Notes under the pieces: generated by a model
What the model was told of the DNA's origin: nothing
What the model saw: only the letters and a program-made list of their open reading frames with translations
The model's database searches: none
NCBI GenBank assembly: GCA_964016885.1
Contig: OZ024740.1
Coordinates: forward strand, 159,650,001-159,714,000
DNA: 64,000 nucleotides
Reading direction: 5' to 3'
DNA from: Eledone cirrhosa
Lineage: Eukaryota
Part shown: positions 39,628 to 54,194 of the stretch, in pieces
How positions within the stretch are numbered: position 1 is the stretch's first letter
Layout of the letters: each line of letters starts with the position of its first letter
Made by a program: the position numbers and the translations under genes

Positions 39628-39814
39628 TGTTTCTACTTTTGGCACAAGGCCAGCAATTATCCAGTACATTACTGGTATTTTATTTTATCGACCCCGTGAG
39701 GATGAAAGGCAAAGTTAATCTCGGTGGTATTTTAACTCAGACCGTAAAGGGACGTAATTCCATGCTATGAAGCATGGTGTCCGACTCTCTGCAGATTCTG
39801 CCAATCCACCGCCC
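39628..39814 (-). mobile_element. Full-length Nin-domain SINE copy
   Basis: Reverse complement of 6685-6869. Confidence 0.85.
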
Positions 39815-40342
39815 TAATGTCTGTACGTAATGAGGGAGTGAGAGGGGAGAGAAAGAAAGGCAGAGGTGAAGTGAAGAAGTGACTCTCCCCTCCTCCTCCT
39901 CCCCCATCTCCCCATTCGTCACAGCGATAGAGGGGAGGAATGTTAGTGTGTTACAAAGAGAAAGAGTGAGAGTGAGAGAAACAGACAGACTAAAAGAGAG
40001 GGATAGCTGGAGAGAGAGAGAGATAGCAACCACGCGCGCACATGTTTCCACTGTCGGACAGACAGATAGAGAAATTGCTGGTTATATATTATAAGGAGTT
40101 ATATATAATCATCATCATCATCATTTTAACATCTACTTTCCTGTCTAGCAAGGGTTATATATGTATATATATTTTTGGTTTCATCGTTTGCTTGGTGTTA
40201 ATGTTTATTTTACAAATTTACAGAACATCTAATTTTATTTGTTTATCTATTTACATTGTTAAAGTGACAGTCAGGAATTTCTTTTAATTCATCAAATACA
40301 CATCAAACAATTCTGTGTTGTATGAGGTGAAACTTGGTGATA

Positions 40343-40497
<155 letters not shown>

Positions 40498-40705
40498 ATA
40501 TATATGTGTGTGTGTGTGTGTGTATATATATGTGTGTGTGAGTGTGTGTGTATATATATATGTGTGTGTGTGTGTATATATATATATGTGTGTGTATATA
40601 TATGTGTGTGTGTGTATATATATATATGTGTGTGTGTGTGTGTATATATATATGCGTGTGTGTGTGTGTATATATATATATATGTGTGTATGTGTGTGTG
40701 TGTGA

Positions 40706-40752
<47 letters not shown>

Positions 40753-40770
40753 TGTGTGTGTGTATATATA

Positions 40771-42167
40771 TCTATATATATAAAACAGAGGATGTCTGTC
40801 TGTGTGTCTGTTTCCCTAAAACTCGAGAAGTACCCAACCGTTTTTTTTTCAAACTTTATACATGTAACCTGTATGGCACCGGAAGTGTTTTGAGCAAAAA
40901 TAATTTCAAATTATTCTGATCTAGGGATCGAATTAGTGAAGTGGCCAATGTCTGTACATAATTGTTTCTACTTTAGGCACAAGGCCAGCAATTACCCAGT
41001 GCATTACTGGTACTTTATTTTATCGACCCCGTAAGGATGAAAGGCAAAGTCAACCTCGGCGGGATTTGAACTCAATGTCTGTACATAATGAGGGAGTGAG
41101 AGGGGAGAGAAAGAAACGGAGAGGCGAAGTGAAGAAGTGGCTCTCTACTCCTCCTTCTCCCCATTCGTCACAGCTTTCGATAGAGGGGAGAAATGTGAAC
41201 GAGTTACAGAGAGAAAGCGTGAGAGTGAAAGAAACAGACAGACTAAAAGAGGGGGATAGCGGGAGAGAGAGAGTGACAGACGCCGTCTTTTGAGAGTTGT
41301 ATGCGTCAAAGATACATGACAGTGGAATAACTATTGCGTGTGTATGTGTGAGTTTGTGTGCGTTTGCATGCGTGAGTGTGTATGTGTGCGTGAGTGATTA
41401 TAAACTCTCTCACATGGTCTGATGGAATTAACCCTTTAACATTTACATTACTCTATATATACTATATTATTTTCATGGTAAAGGCTTTATCTCACGTAAT
41501 ATAAAAATCTCATAGATTTAATATTATTTATTTTGAGAACAATACCTTAACCCTTTAGTATTAATGTGAGTGAGTTATAAAGAGAAATAGTGAGAGTGAA
41601 AGAAATAGACAGACTAAAAGAGGGGTATAGCGAGAGAGAGAGACGCTGGAAGAGGGGAAGGAAAGCTATATGTCTTGCTGTCTGCATTACAATACATATA
41701 TATACACACACACACTGATCGCGTCATACTGACGTAATGCAGACAGCCAGACATACAGACAGATAGTATAAGGGATGCAACGTTATATCTATGTATCTAT
41801 CTAAAAAGAAAGACTAAGAATTATAGAGAAAGATCGCTAAATCGTCTAATGCGGTCCCTATGGCATTGAAAATTTGAAATATTCTTTGCTCAAAACACTC
41901 ACAGGACCATAAGTATTACATGTGTAAAGCTTGAGAACAATCGGTTGGGTGGTTCTCAAGTTTTAGTGAGCTGACAGATAGACATACTCTGTTTTAGATA
42001 TATAGATACATATATAATTATATATTCATGTACAGATATTTTTGCATACACAATAACAAAATATAAATAAACGTATTTATTTCACGAGGCTCAATAAGGA
42101 TAAATATATATCAAATATAAAAGAACCCGAGAGCAAATCCTGAGTAACGCCGGGCCATTCTGCTAGT
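40771..42167 (+). mobile_element. Composite non-autonomous Helitron with nested SINE (40963-41072) and partial TTAA MITE (41428-41550)
   Basis: Starts TCTATATATATAAAACAGAGGATGTCTGTC (same 5' end as at 38843); ends CCTGAGTAACGCCGGG-CCATTCTG-CTAG. SINE TSD CAATGTCTGTACATAAT at 40946-40962 and 41073-41089. Confidence 0.75.
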
Positions 42168-42554
42168 ATATATATATATGTGTCATCATCATCATCATCT
42201 TCGTTTAACGTCCATTTTCCACGCTAGCATGGGTTATATATATATATGTGTGTATATATATAGATAGATATATATATATGTGTGTGTATATATATATGTG
42301 TGTATATATATATGTGTGTGTATATATATATGTGTGTATATATATATATGTGTGTATATATATATATGCGTGTATATATATATGTGTGTGTATATATTTA
42401 TATATGTGTGTGTATATATATATATATATATGTGTGTATATATATATATATATGTGTATATATATTTATATATATATATATGTGTGTGTATATATATATA
42501 TGTGTATATATATATATATGTGTGTATATATATATATATGTGTGTATATATATA

Positions 42555-42585
<31 letters not shown>

Positions 42586-42587
42586 GT

Positions 42588-42747
<160 letters not shown>

Positions 42748-42823
42748 GTTTCTACTTTAGGCAAAAGGCCAGCAAATACCCAGTGCATTACTGGTACTTT
42801 GTGTGTGTGTGTGTATATATATG

Positions 42824-43971
42824 TCATCATCATCATCATCGTTTAACGTCCATCTTCCACGCTTGCATGGGTTTGGACGGGAATTTTCCCAACTTGAGAC
42901 AAGATTGGTTGACTTGCTTGTATAGGTCTGTCAAGCGGGTTTTTTACGGCTGGATGCCCTTCCTAACACCAACCACGTTTACAGTGTGGACTGGGAGGTT
43001 TTTACCGCGTTACCTACACGGCCACATTACAGCGTGGACTGTGTGTTTTTTTGTCGTGACACCTACACGGCCTCATTTGTTTCGGCCTGGATGTTGTGGT
43101 ACCAACATAACTTTACATTGAAAGCGGTGGTGTGGATGGGGTGGGGGTAGTGGGGCGAGGGTGTATTTTTGTTAGAGGTGCCTACTGACTGTAGGTTTCA
43201 CTTTGTATTTAGGCAAGGCGGTCCAGTGACATTGTCTTGGAGAGGTGTAAGTGTGTGAGGTCGGAATTTATCAAGTCGTCCCAGGTTTTTCTGGGTCTGC
43301 CTACTCAGTGGCTATCGTCTATTTTTATCGCCCTGCACTTTTTTATACAGCTGTCGTCTTTCATGCGCATCACGTGACCGTACCAACGTAGTCATCTCTC
43401 GAGTAAACAACATCTGATCCCTCTTATTCCTAATTTCTCCCTTAGTTCGTTTATGCTTTGCCGTTCACGTATATTACTATTACACATCCAGCGGAGCATG
43501 CAAGTTTCGTTCCTCTCCAGTCTGCATATATCCTCTGCACACAATGCCCAAGTCTCACTGCCATGTAACATTGCTGTTCGTATGCAGGCATCATACAGCC
43601 TGCCTTTCATTTTTAGAGAGAACCCTTTAGCGGCCAATAGTGGTATAAGCTCTCTGAACTTTTTCCATCCCGTTCTGACTCTAGCTACTTTACTTTCAGA
43701 GCACCCTCCACCACTGCTGATTTTGTCACCCAGGTAACGGAAGCTGTCTACTATTTCTATAGAACCATCTGTGCAATGGAATGAGCTAGTATTCTGTGGG
43801 CACTTGCTGCTACATATTGCACCTGAGCACCGGCCACATATAACATCTATATTCTTAGTTAGCTTACCTGTGCGCCCACTACATCTTTTATGCACCCATA
43901 CTTTGCATTTTGGACATAAAATGGAGTTTCTGCCTACTCCTTTCCTACACACTGAGCATGGCTATTTCCCA
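42824..43971 (-). mobile_element. 5'-truncated RTE subfamily C copy (PHD-type finger, C-terminus, 3' UTR)
   Basis: ORF 43392-43952; closely matches 25792-26970; (TCA)n tail. Confidence 0.92.
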
Positions 43972-43999
43972 GTAGTGAAGTGGTTTGGCAGTTACTAGG

Positions 44000-44062
<63 letters not shown>

Positions 44063-44647
44063 TGTCATTAGAAGGAATTGTGATGTCTTTCAGTGAGGAT
44101 GTATTGCTGAAAATCTCCATTGCATACCGTGCTAGCGCATGACTTGAAAGGAGCAAATAGGTTATTATGTGAGTATCTTCTGATTACTAGTAGTGACGCC
44201 GGTCGAAGCCCTCAATGCTGTCATGGGATCCATGTTTCATTGAGTTGTGCTCCAGTTTTAAGGCGGCTGTAGTTTGCAGAGTGTATATATAATATAATAT
44301 AATGTTAATGATTGATTTTGTGAACAGCCACAGTGAGTATGTAAGAAATAAAATTACATAAATTCTAATGTATTTACAACTATTTCATTGTTATACCAAT
44401 ACACCGGAGTAAACAAACTTCTATGTATACTTCATCTAGTACTCAATCCTGTGTACATTAGTGTCAGTTGACCGATAACTAATAATGGATTAACAAACAC
44501 AAAATATACCAATATATATATATATATATCATCATCATCATCACCGTTTTACATCCGTTCTTCCACGCTAGCATGGGTTAGACGGGTTGTCCTGTTGTGG
44601 GCGGTGCCTGGTCGGCTGACCTTGTCTTGTTCATACAGGAACTGATT

Positions 44648-44709
<62 letters not shown>

Positions 44710-45458
44710 ATGCTGAGGTTACATTAATCATTTAATCATTATAATTATTTCCACGGTTCTCCATGCAATCAAGAAGTCCTTCCTGCATTTGTTGTTGTTA
44801 TGAGAACGGTATCCTCAGATGAAATCCGATTTATTTGATATGTCGCCGGCAGAAAATAACACACCTTTTTGCTTGTGGGCCTAGCAGACATGAGTTCCTG
44901 AAAGGGTCTCCCAACCATGTGTTTGCTATCAACGTGTCAATTAGTGAAAAGAGGATTCACGTATCCCCCACGGAGTTGAGGTCGTAAATTAGCAGACAGG
45001 TAACCTCTCAAGTATGCTGATCTGTATCAAAAGAAAAAACGAAAAACTGTGTAGCCAGAGCCCAGTAGATAGTGGAAGTAATAAATGGAGCTCTGAGTAC
45101 TACCTCATTACAACACTAGTTTGTTTATATATATGTCTATATATGTATGTAACTTCATGGTTAGGGTGATCAGCTCATGGTCATAAGGTAGGAAGTTTGA
45201 TTCTCAGCAGCACATTTAGTCCTTTGGCATGTTGCTTTATTTTACATTCCTTCAATCCACACAGCTGGAAAAATGAGTTGTGTTTGTAATTCAAAGAGCA
45301 AGCCTTGTCATATATTTGCATTCTGAATCTACTTGAAAACTACATGATGAGTACACATGTCTTTGGTATGTTCACCTGCTTACACATTAATTCACAAGCA
45401 GGGTATTCCATTACTAGAACAACTTCAGCACTTATTGTCAGAAATGACAAATGTCCAA

Positions 45459-45524
<66 letters not shown>

Positions 45525-46326
45525 CATACATAGAAGTATCCATTCTGAAATTTTGTCTGTACTTTCATAGAAACGAGAAGGTCCTTTTCTAAGTGAAAAA
45601 GGAGATTTGTTAAGTGTGCTAAATTCCACTATGCAAGTGTCCCTTGAATAAATATGAAATATATAAAATCATGACAGGTCCTTGGCTGATTTAAATGATG
45701 AACATTGTGTTGTTTGTTCAACTGTATTTCCTACTTGTTAAATTAACATATAAGTGGCTGAGTATTCCACACCTCTATGTACCCTTAACATAATTTCTAG
45801 GCAGAATAAACATTACGCTGTAAGTGATAAGGGTTGAGCATTGAATTATATTATAGATACAATCCATATAATGAGCTTACATAGAGCTTCTGTTTATGCA
45901 AGTTTACTGTGAAGGCTCAGATCAACTTCAAGGCTATGGTAAAATCTATATATAAATTTGAGCCACTTCTGTCCAACCGTCAAACAATGTGTGTGTGTGT
46001 TTGTGAATGTATGTGTGTAAAAGGAAAAAAGGGGATGGTGTAAAAACTATAGCAAAAAAGTGGCTGGCGTTCCATTTACTATGCTCTGTGAGATTGCATT
46101 TGTGTGTGAATGTATGTATGTTTGTGTGAATGTATGTGTACTTGTGTGATTGTATGTCTGTGATTGTGTATTTTTGTGTCTGTGTTTGCATGCATATACT
46201 TATATACTCATACATATAAATGTATGCATATGCACATACGCACATGCACATACATATACACATATGTGTCAGCATGTTGAGAAAAATCCTAGTAAAAATA
46301 AAAAGTTGAAACAAAAGGACACTTGC

Positions 46327-46553
46327 TTAACCCTTTAACATTTACATTACTCTATATTTACTATTGTATTTTCAGGGTAAAGGCTTTAACTCGCATATTA
46401 TCTTGCATAATATCGAATCTATGAGATTTTGATATTATTTATTTTGAGAACAATATCTTAACTTCAGTATGAGTGGCAGTTACAGCCAGTTTGAATAGAA
46501 AGAAATGAGACAATTCTGGCAGGATACGGCCGGTTTAAATGTTAAAGGGTTAA
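46327..46553. mobile_element. piggyBac-type MITE
   Basis: TTAACCCTTTAACATTTA...TAAATGTTAAAGGGTTAA, perfect TIRs. Confidence 0.85.
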
Positions 46554-47914
46554 GAGGCTGCACATTGGGATTGAAATCAGAGACTCATGACTGTGAAGCA
46601 AACTTCTTAACCATTCAGCCATGCCAGCATCCACAATAAAATATAAAGAATCATCATTATCATTGTTTTATGTTCACCCTCCATATTTGGGTTTTATGTT
46701 CAACTTTATAGCAGTTAGTCAGACACACACTCACATACACATTTATATGAGCATGTGTGTGTGTATTCTTGATAGCAGGGAAATGGTCATTAAATGATGA
46801 TGATTATAATGTGCATGTGTGTGTGTGTATATATATATTTATATATCTATATATCTATATGTGTGTGTGTGTGTATGTATGTGTGTATATATATATATAT
46901 GTGTGGATGTATGTGTATATATATATATATGTGTGTATATGTATGTGTGTATATATATATATATATATATGTGTGTGTATATGTATGTGTGTGTATGTAT
47001 GTGTGTGTATATATGTGTGTGTAGATATATATGTGTGTGTGAGTGTGTGCATGTGTCTCACTACATTTATTCCAAACATTATATCTCTCATATGTATATC
47101 TTTAATTGCATCTCATTTATCTATGTATATTTGTTATTTGTGTTGTTATTTCTTGCCTCCCAGTTGGTGTAGTACGAAAAGTTTTGTCCGACAAAAGAGT
47201 GTTGCGGATGACAAACCAAACCAATCGATATAGACATAACTGCCAAAAATGGTGGCTAAGAGATTCTGTTTACAGTTGTATTCCACCAATTAGTTTGTGT
47301 ATTGCCAATGTTCCGACCCTAAAGGTCATCGGCAATCAGCAATGGTTATACAGTACATAACATAGCTTATTTGATACTTGAGAAAAACATTTTTGTTTTT
47401 TCTTCTGTCGTATGTCAGAGGTCAAACATTGTTACACACACATTGTGTTGTTTTAGGAATCACCTTTGTTATTATTATTAATATTACTAGTGGTCCAGTG
47501 CTGTCAAAAATGATGACAGTAGTGTTGAATGTATTTAGTTTTGGGAGTCTAGGATTGGTATACCACATGTACAAGGATTGCTGGATATATGAACTATCAT
47601 ACAAACCAGAAAATTTGTGCATTGATAAATTTATGTTTTGCATAAGAGAAACCCGATAGTTTATTTTGATTATTGACATGTGGAAGTGATTAATGACTAA
47701 AATTATATTTTGGTAATTTATTTCAAGGATATAATTACATAAATGCTCAGTATACATGTACAAATGACATATAGGACTAAATGTATGAATAACTTTGGAG
47801 AAATAACTTTTCCCAAGGATAAATGTAGGATGACTAAATAGTGAACTTCTTATTGAAGCAATATAACTGATATTGGAAATGAATTGTATTAATGTGTATA
47901 TGTTTGTGTATGAA

Positions 47915-48240
47915 GGGGCATAAAGTAGTAGTTAGAGCATTGGGCTTTCAATTGTGAGGTTGCGAGTTTGCTTCTTGGACTGGCGTTGTGTCCTTGAGCA
48001 AGATACTTTATTTCATGTTGCTCTAGTTCGCTTAGCTGTAGGAATAAGTTGTGATAACACTGATGCCAAGCTATATTGGCCATTACCTTTCCCTTGGACA
48101 ACATCAGTGGTGTGTAGAGATGGGACCAGTATGCATGGGCAACTGCTGGTTTTCCACAAACAAACTTGCCCAGACTTGTGTCTTGAAGGAGAACTTTCTA
48201 GGTGTTAATCCCATGGTCATTCATGACTGAAGGGGGTTTT
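47915..48240 (+). mobile_element. tRNA/Meta-like SINE with a different tail (related piece at 33030-33255)
   Basis: GTTGTGTCCTTGAGCAAGATACTTTATTTCA core; tail homologous to 33050-33250. Confidence 0.65.
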
Positions 48241-48339
48241 TATATTTCTATGTTTGTGCATGTACATTTTAATGATTTACCAATGGAGATATATAAATAA
48301 ATATAGAAGCACACATGGCATATTAGTGCGGTTTATTAT

Positions 48340-49290
48340 AAATATCATTTTATTACAGTGTTGATAATTTATGCACCAGAGTATTTAGTCATCTGTCAAG
48401 TCACAACAAGGACCTCAGACAGATAATAGTTTCCTTGAAATTTGCCCAGTACCTAGCAAGGTTGATGTTTGTATGACAACAATCTTGACTGATTCCAAAC
48501 CTCTTTAAGAAGTCTTGAAGTCTCAATGGGATTGAACTTAACCCTCACACTGATGTTAAGATATGGTTCTCAAAATAAATATCAAAATCTCATAGATTCA
48601 CTATTATGTAAGATCGTCATGTGAGGTAGAGGCTTTATCGTCAAAATATAATAGTAAATATAGAGTAATATAAATATTAAAGGATTAATGCCTTGTTCAC
48701 CACTGGTATCACTTTCTCATTATTCTCTTGCATTCCAGACAATTTTGCCATCTTCACTTTTAATTCGGAATACTTGGTGATTTTTATTTGTAATATTTAT
48801 GTCATTTGCTATTGCAATGTCAATGATCTATCGGTATTTGTTTTCCTTATTCAATATAAAAATATCTGGTCAGCGATGCTCTCTTACACTGTCAGTTTGG
48901 AAATCATAATCCTAGAATATTGTTGCTTTTTGATCTTCCTGCATTACGTTACAAGTCGCATGTTCATACCAATTCTTTGTTATTTCATACACATATTTGT
49001 GACACAAAAACCAATAAAAGTACAAGCACTCTTTATCATGAAGGTGCTTGTATTCTTTTTGTGCAAGGCACTCACATCCACTTACCAAGTGGATTATATT
49101 TACTATATTCTCTTCACAACATCTGCATTTCCTGGTCTCAAAAGTTTTGTAGATGCTGTACTTGTACTGCAATTATAAGGCTTTCAATGGTATGCTTCAG
49201 ATTGCCTTGTTTAAGCCACAGCCACAATGTTACTTTATCTTTGATATCTTGTGTATCTCTTTTAAATTGACCTCACATTCTCATTCATAG
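48340..49290 (-). pseudogene. C-terminal remnant of an R4/Dong-type non-LTR retrotransposon (CCHC knuckle plus restriction-like endonuclease)
   Basis: WLWLKQGNLKHTIESLIIAVQ; KCRCC..HLVSGCECLAQKEYKHLHD..WYEH; DFQTD..PDI..IIDIAI; ends QTSTLLGTGQISRKLL. Interrupted by a TTAA MITE fragment at 48538-48688. Confidence 0.85.
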
Positions 49291-49674
49291 ATCTCATTTT
49301 CTCTTCCCTTTAACTTTATGGTTACTGTTTTGGTTATTAATGTTATTATTATTTGGTTGTTTGAATTTTGCTTTGTGTTTAAACAAGCTGACTCCAAGTC
49401 TCACCCAGATACCTCAATAGATAGCAAGTTATAAGTTCACGTGGGCATTATGACTAGGATGGCAGATAATTACCATGTTTTGGGGAAAACATGAAATTCT
49501 ATTTAATTTTTAATGTGATGCCGTCATTGTGATGTTTTGTACTTCTCAAGTATGTCTTGCTGATGTGTCATGTTGTACAGAATGTTAAGAGTTTAGAAAG
49601 ACATTTAAGATTTATTCAAGGTTAAAATCTGCCCTATCTAATGTTTCTGTTAATTTATCACCCAAAATAAGAAT

Positions 49675-49845
49675 TGTTTCTACTTTTGGCACAAAGCTAG
49701 CAATTTGAAGGGAAAAGGAAAATCGATGAAACTAACCCCAGTGCATTACTGGTACTTTATTTTATTGACCCCCGTAAAGATGAACAGCAAGCCAAACCTT
49801 AGCAGGAGTTGAACTCAGAATGTAAAGATATACTACTAAGCATAA
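49675..49845 (-). mobile_element. Nin-domain SINE copy
   Basis: Homologous to the 6685-6869 family, with a longer tail. Confidence 0.7.
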
Positions 49846-52142
49846 ATAATAACAATAACAATGACAACAGATACTTTCAGTAAGCATTAAGTTATGAAAA
49901 AACAAATGATGGTCCAAAATATTTTAAAAAGAAATTCTAGTTTCCCCACCTGAAACCATAAAGAATCTAATTTCAAATATTAGCAGGGAAGGGACTATGT
50001 AATATATCTTCTGATAGAGAGAGAGATTAGAAGACGAGATGTGCTTAAGTAAATAAAAAAAAAAAAGATAAAACTTATATTTCGTAAAATTTAAACCCAC
50101 GACTATGTGGTTAGTAATCAGGTATTTTAACTCTGATAGCTATTGTATCTCAGATGGAGAAGAAAAGAAACTGATATGATTGATTCATGAAACAATGGAA
50201 TGTAAGGGAAATATAGTTCAAAGACATTAGTAACATTAGGTACTATTGTTATATTGTACAACTTTGGACAATGCTATTAGGATTTATAATGGAATTGCTA
50301 TATTTATAGACAACAATTGTGTAATGTTTTAGTCCCAACACACAATTTCATGTAAGTACAGCTTTTAAAGAGAAAGCCATTTATTATATGTGAGTTTCCA
50401 GTCATTAAAGCGGCATTTCCCAATGTGGGTTCTGAAAAGCCACAGTATTCCCCAAAGAAAGTCCAGGGTTCTACAAAATGTGTCTTTTAATATAAATTCA
50501 TTGAAAGTTTGTTTTTTCTCATAAGAATACTCTCTCTAAAGAAACTTTTGTTTCATTTAATATTTCATTAAAATTAGAGTATTTTTCACAATGTTTAGAA
50601 AATTATTAGATCGTAAAACAAAATGCCTCATGGTATATGTTTTGGTTCAGTGTGGTCTAAGTTTATATCTTTCCAGGATTAACTTTGCCTTTCATCGTTC
50701 TGGGTACAATAAATAAAATAGTCTATCACAGTTGATCAATGCTATTGTTAGAGCCTCAAATAGGATGTCTTGGTATTAGGCCCACAGTCAAAATAAGGTA
50801 CCAGATGGCTCTGTTCCCTACATTTTCGTGGTGCACTCTCAGATTTAAAAAAATATTATGATTATATGCTTATTCTGAAACTTTGCTTTAGAATTATTGC
50901 AAATTAGAGTCCCCACCCAAAATGTTCTGAAGCTCCCAGAGCACCAAAGCCTGGTGATGAACCTGCTTGTGGTATTTGTTTTGATTCTGTATATTCTGAA
51001 TTCTTGAATGATAGAGGTAATCAATAACCTGGTTTAACACTGCCATCACCTGTTCCTTGGGGTCTTATAGCAGAATTCACTCTACATTTAGGCTAGGTCT
51101 CTTGCTTGAAGGTAACAACTTCCCTTCTCCCAATGAGTCTGAAAAGGTGACACTGTGAAAATAAAACGTCATAAGTTCATGCCCTTCTAAATAGTAAAAG
51201 AATGTTACAGAAAAGGTTATCAAATGGTGGTTATTACTACCAGAATTTGTGGTTACAAAGCACTTTATTTAAAATGAATGAAAAATTATTCACTTATTAG
51301 TATCAAAACTCCAGATATTGCTATATTTCCTGTTTAATGTTATCTGATTATTATTAACTGAAAGGTTCCTTCCCAAAGTGATCAAGAAAAACAAGCTCCA
51401 CTCTTACTTCAAGGTTGATTAGTTAGAAATAATAACACATCTAGAAGGAAAAGAAAACAATACAAAATACATTGCTCTAACCCAATACTGCCTTATTGAT
51501 GCCAAGAGCCAAAAAATTGGTTATAAATAAAATAGCAAAAAAAAAAACCTCAGAGATTAATGAATGAATAATATAATATTTATAGAGCATTAAACTGCTT
51601 TTAATGCAAGAAGGCAATGGTAGTTATATGAATGAGTGGTTTTATTATTTTATTTTTATATCTGCTAAAATATCATTTATATTAGCATTCTAAAACCTGA
51701 TTTTGTGAGTTGGTTGATTGGTTTGGTGGTGGTTCTTCTTCTTCTTCTTCTTCTTCTTCTTCTTCTTCTTCTTCCAAATGAGATTCTTTAATAAGAGAAT
51801 GATATTTGTCTCTTTTTAATATAGTTTTCATCCATTCAATTGTAGTTTATTTTTATTGTTATCTTCAGTAGCCTAATTTCAGATGGAATAGAAAACCTGA
51901 AAAAAAAACCCAATAAATAAATAATGAAAAAAAAAAAAAAAAAATTAAAAAGATGAATTAAATAAATAAATAAATAAAATAAAATAAAACAGAAAATAAA
52001 ATAGAATAAAGCCATACTTTAGTGGTGCATTTGGTTGGCATTTGTCTTCTCATTTTGTTAATTCACTCAGAAGTTAAAAAAATAATTTTTCAGATAAAAA
52101 TTTCCTACTGAAAAATAAGAACAAGACAATTACACAAAGTAA

Positions 52143-52190
<48 letters not shown>

Positions 52191-52206
52191 TCCATTAACA
52201 TTACAA

Positions 52207-52303
52207 GGGGTCTGATGAGCCGTGGATTACAAAGTCGGGTCAGATCGAAACAGATCGAACCTTGAGCTGATCAGTGGCGAAACGCACATCACCAACCAAT
52301 AAA
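52207..52303 (+). ncRNA. Type I hammerhead motif with long helix II, followed by AATAAA (probably decayed)
   Basis: GGT-CTGATGA-GCCGT.GATTA...TGATC.GTGGC-GAAAC-GCAC-ATC-ACC; AATAAA at 52298-52303. Confidence 0.65.
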
Positions 52304-52448
52304 CGTAATGAAGGAGTAACCAATTGTCCTTGTTATCTTATTTAACTATAATACACTCTGTCTAGCTCTTCACCTCGACACTGAAGTGAACCTAAACATC
52401 GAGAGCTCACCCGGGTGAACCTACAGTACCTCCAAGTTACACTCCCTG

Positions 52449-52490
<42 letters not shown>

Positions 52491-52882
52491 CAGGCATGGT
52501 TTTGGGGTTAAGGAGTTCATTTTGCAATCATGTGGTTCTGGATTCAGTCCCATATTTCAGCTGTAACCTCAGGCTGAACAATGCTTTTTGAGGGGAATTT
52601 GGAAGATAGAAACTGTAGAACCCCATCATATATATCTATATGTGTGTGTTTTCGTGTGAATGGTTACGTTTGTATGTCCCTTTCTTTATGTTCGAAAAGA
52701 TTAAGTACTATAGTCGATGGCCCGGTCTGATATCCGATAATGATGCAAGACAAGGTGGTTTCATCATTTGTTGTTTGCTGAACCCAAACATATAATGGAA
52801 GATAGGAGATAGAGAAAAGATGGAAAATAGAAAATTCGATCCGAAGAAAGCCTGCAAATATTGTATTATATCGATACAAATA

Positions 52883-53082
52883 TCATCATCATCATCATTT
52901 TACGTCTGCTTTTCCCAGCTTGCAAGGGTTGGATGGGTCCTATGCAGCGCTGCATCTCTCCACTTGTCACGGTCCTTCGTCATCTCCTCTCTGAGTTTCA
53001 GCGATCTGAGGTCTGCTCTCACCATCTCCGCCCATGTTTTTTGTGGTCTACCTCTACTGTGTCTTTCCTCCACTGGGACTTC
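52883..53082 (-). mobile_element. 3' fragment of RTE subfamily B
   Basis: Homologous to 20166-20375; (TCA)n tail. Confidence 0.85.
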
Positions 53083-53169
53083 CTGTGTGTGTATGTGTGT
53101 GTGTGTGTATATATATGTGTGTGTATGTGTATATATATATATATGTGTGTGTATGTGTATATATATATA

Positions 53170-53483
53170 GGCTCATGGCTTAGTGGTAGGGCATTGGCCT
53201 TGCAATCGAAAGGTTGTGAGTTCAATTCTCAGACCGGGTGATGTGTTGTTTCCTTGAGCAAGACACTTTATTTCAAATTGCTCCAGTTTACTCAGCTGTA
53301 GAAATGAGATGATAGGGACTGGGCTCCATATCATTCCACTGCAAAGTGGTCGTGGAGGTGCCATGGAAAAAAAGCACCCAGCACTCACTGTAAATGAGGT
53401 TGGTGTTAGGAAGGGCATCGATCTGTAGAAATCAAGCCAGAATCAGTTCCCGTCCCACTCTTGCAAGCAGGGAAAAGCAGACA
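53170..53483 (+). mobile_element. tRNA/Meta-like SINE with RTE-derived tail
   Basis: Near-identical to 13070-13393. Confidence 0.88.
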
Positions 53484-53495
53484 TATATATATATG

Positions 53496-53536
<41 letters not shown>

Positions 53537-53591
53537 TTATATATATATATATGTATGTGTATATATATGTATATATATATATATATATATG

Positions 53592-53630
<39 letters not shown>

Positions 53631-53631
53631 T

Positions 53632-53894
<263 letters not shown>

Positions 53895-54194
53895 CATCAT
53901 CATCATCATCACCGTTTTACGTCCGTTCTTCCACGCTAGCATGGGTTAGACGGGTTGTCCTGTTGTGGGCAGTGTCTGGTCGGCTGACCATGCCTTGCTC
54001 ATACAGGAACTGATCTGGCTTGATTTCTACAGCTGGATGCCCTTCCTAACACCAACCTCATTTACAGTGAGTGCTGGGTGCTTTTTCGTGGCGCCTACAC
54101 GTCCACTTTACAGTGTGGGCTGGGTGCTTTTTTGCCGTGGCACCTCCACGACCACCTTGCGGTGGGGGGGGGGGGGGCATATTGTTTATATGCT

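Noticed and set aside
47150-47850. Unique non-repetitive stretch as a host exon or enhancer (ATGTCA-G-AGGTCA DR1-like site near 47412)
   Set aside because: No recognisable protein or splice pattern; a single short motif is expected by chance.
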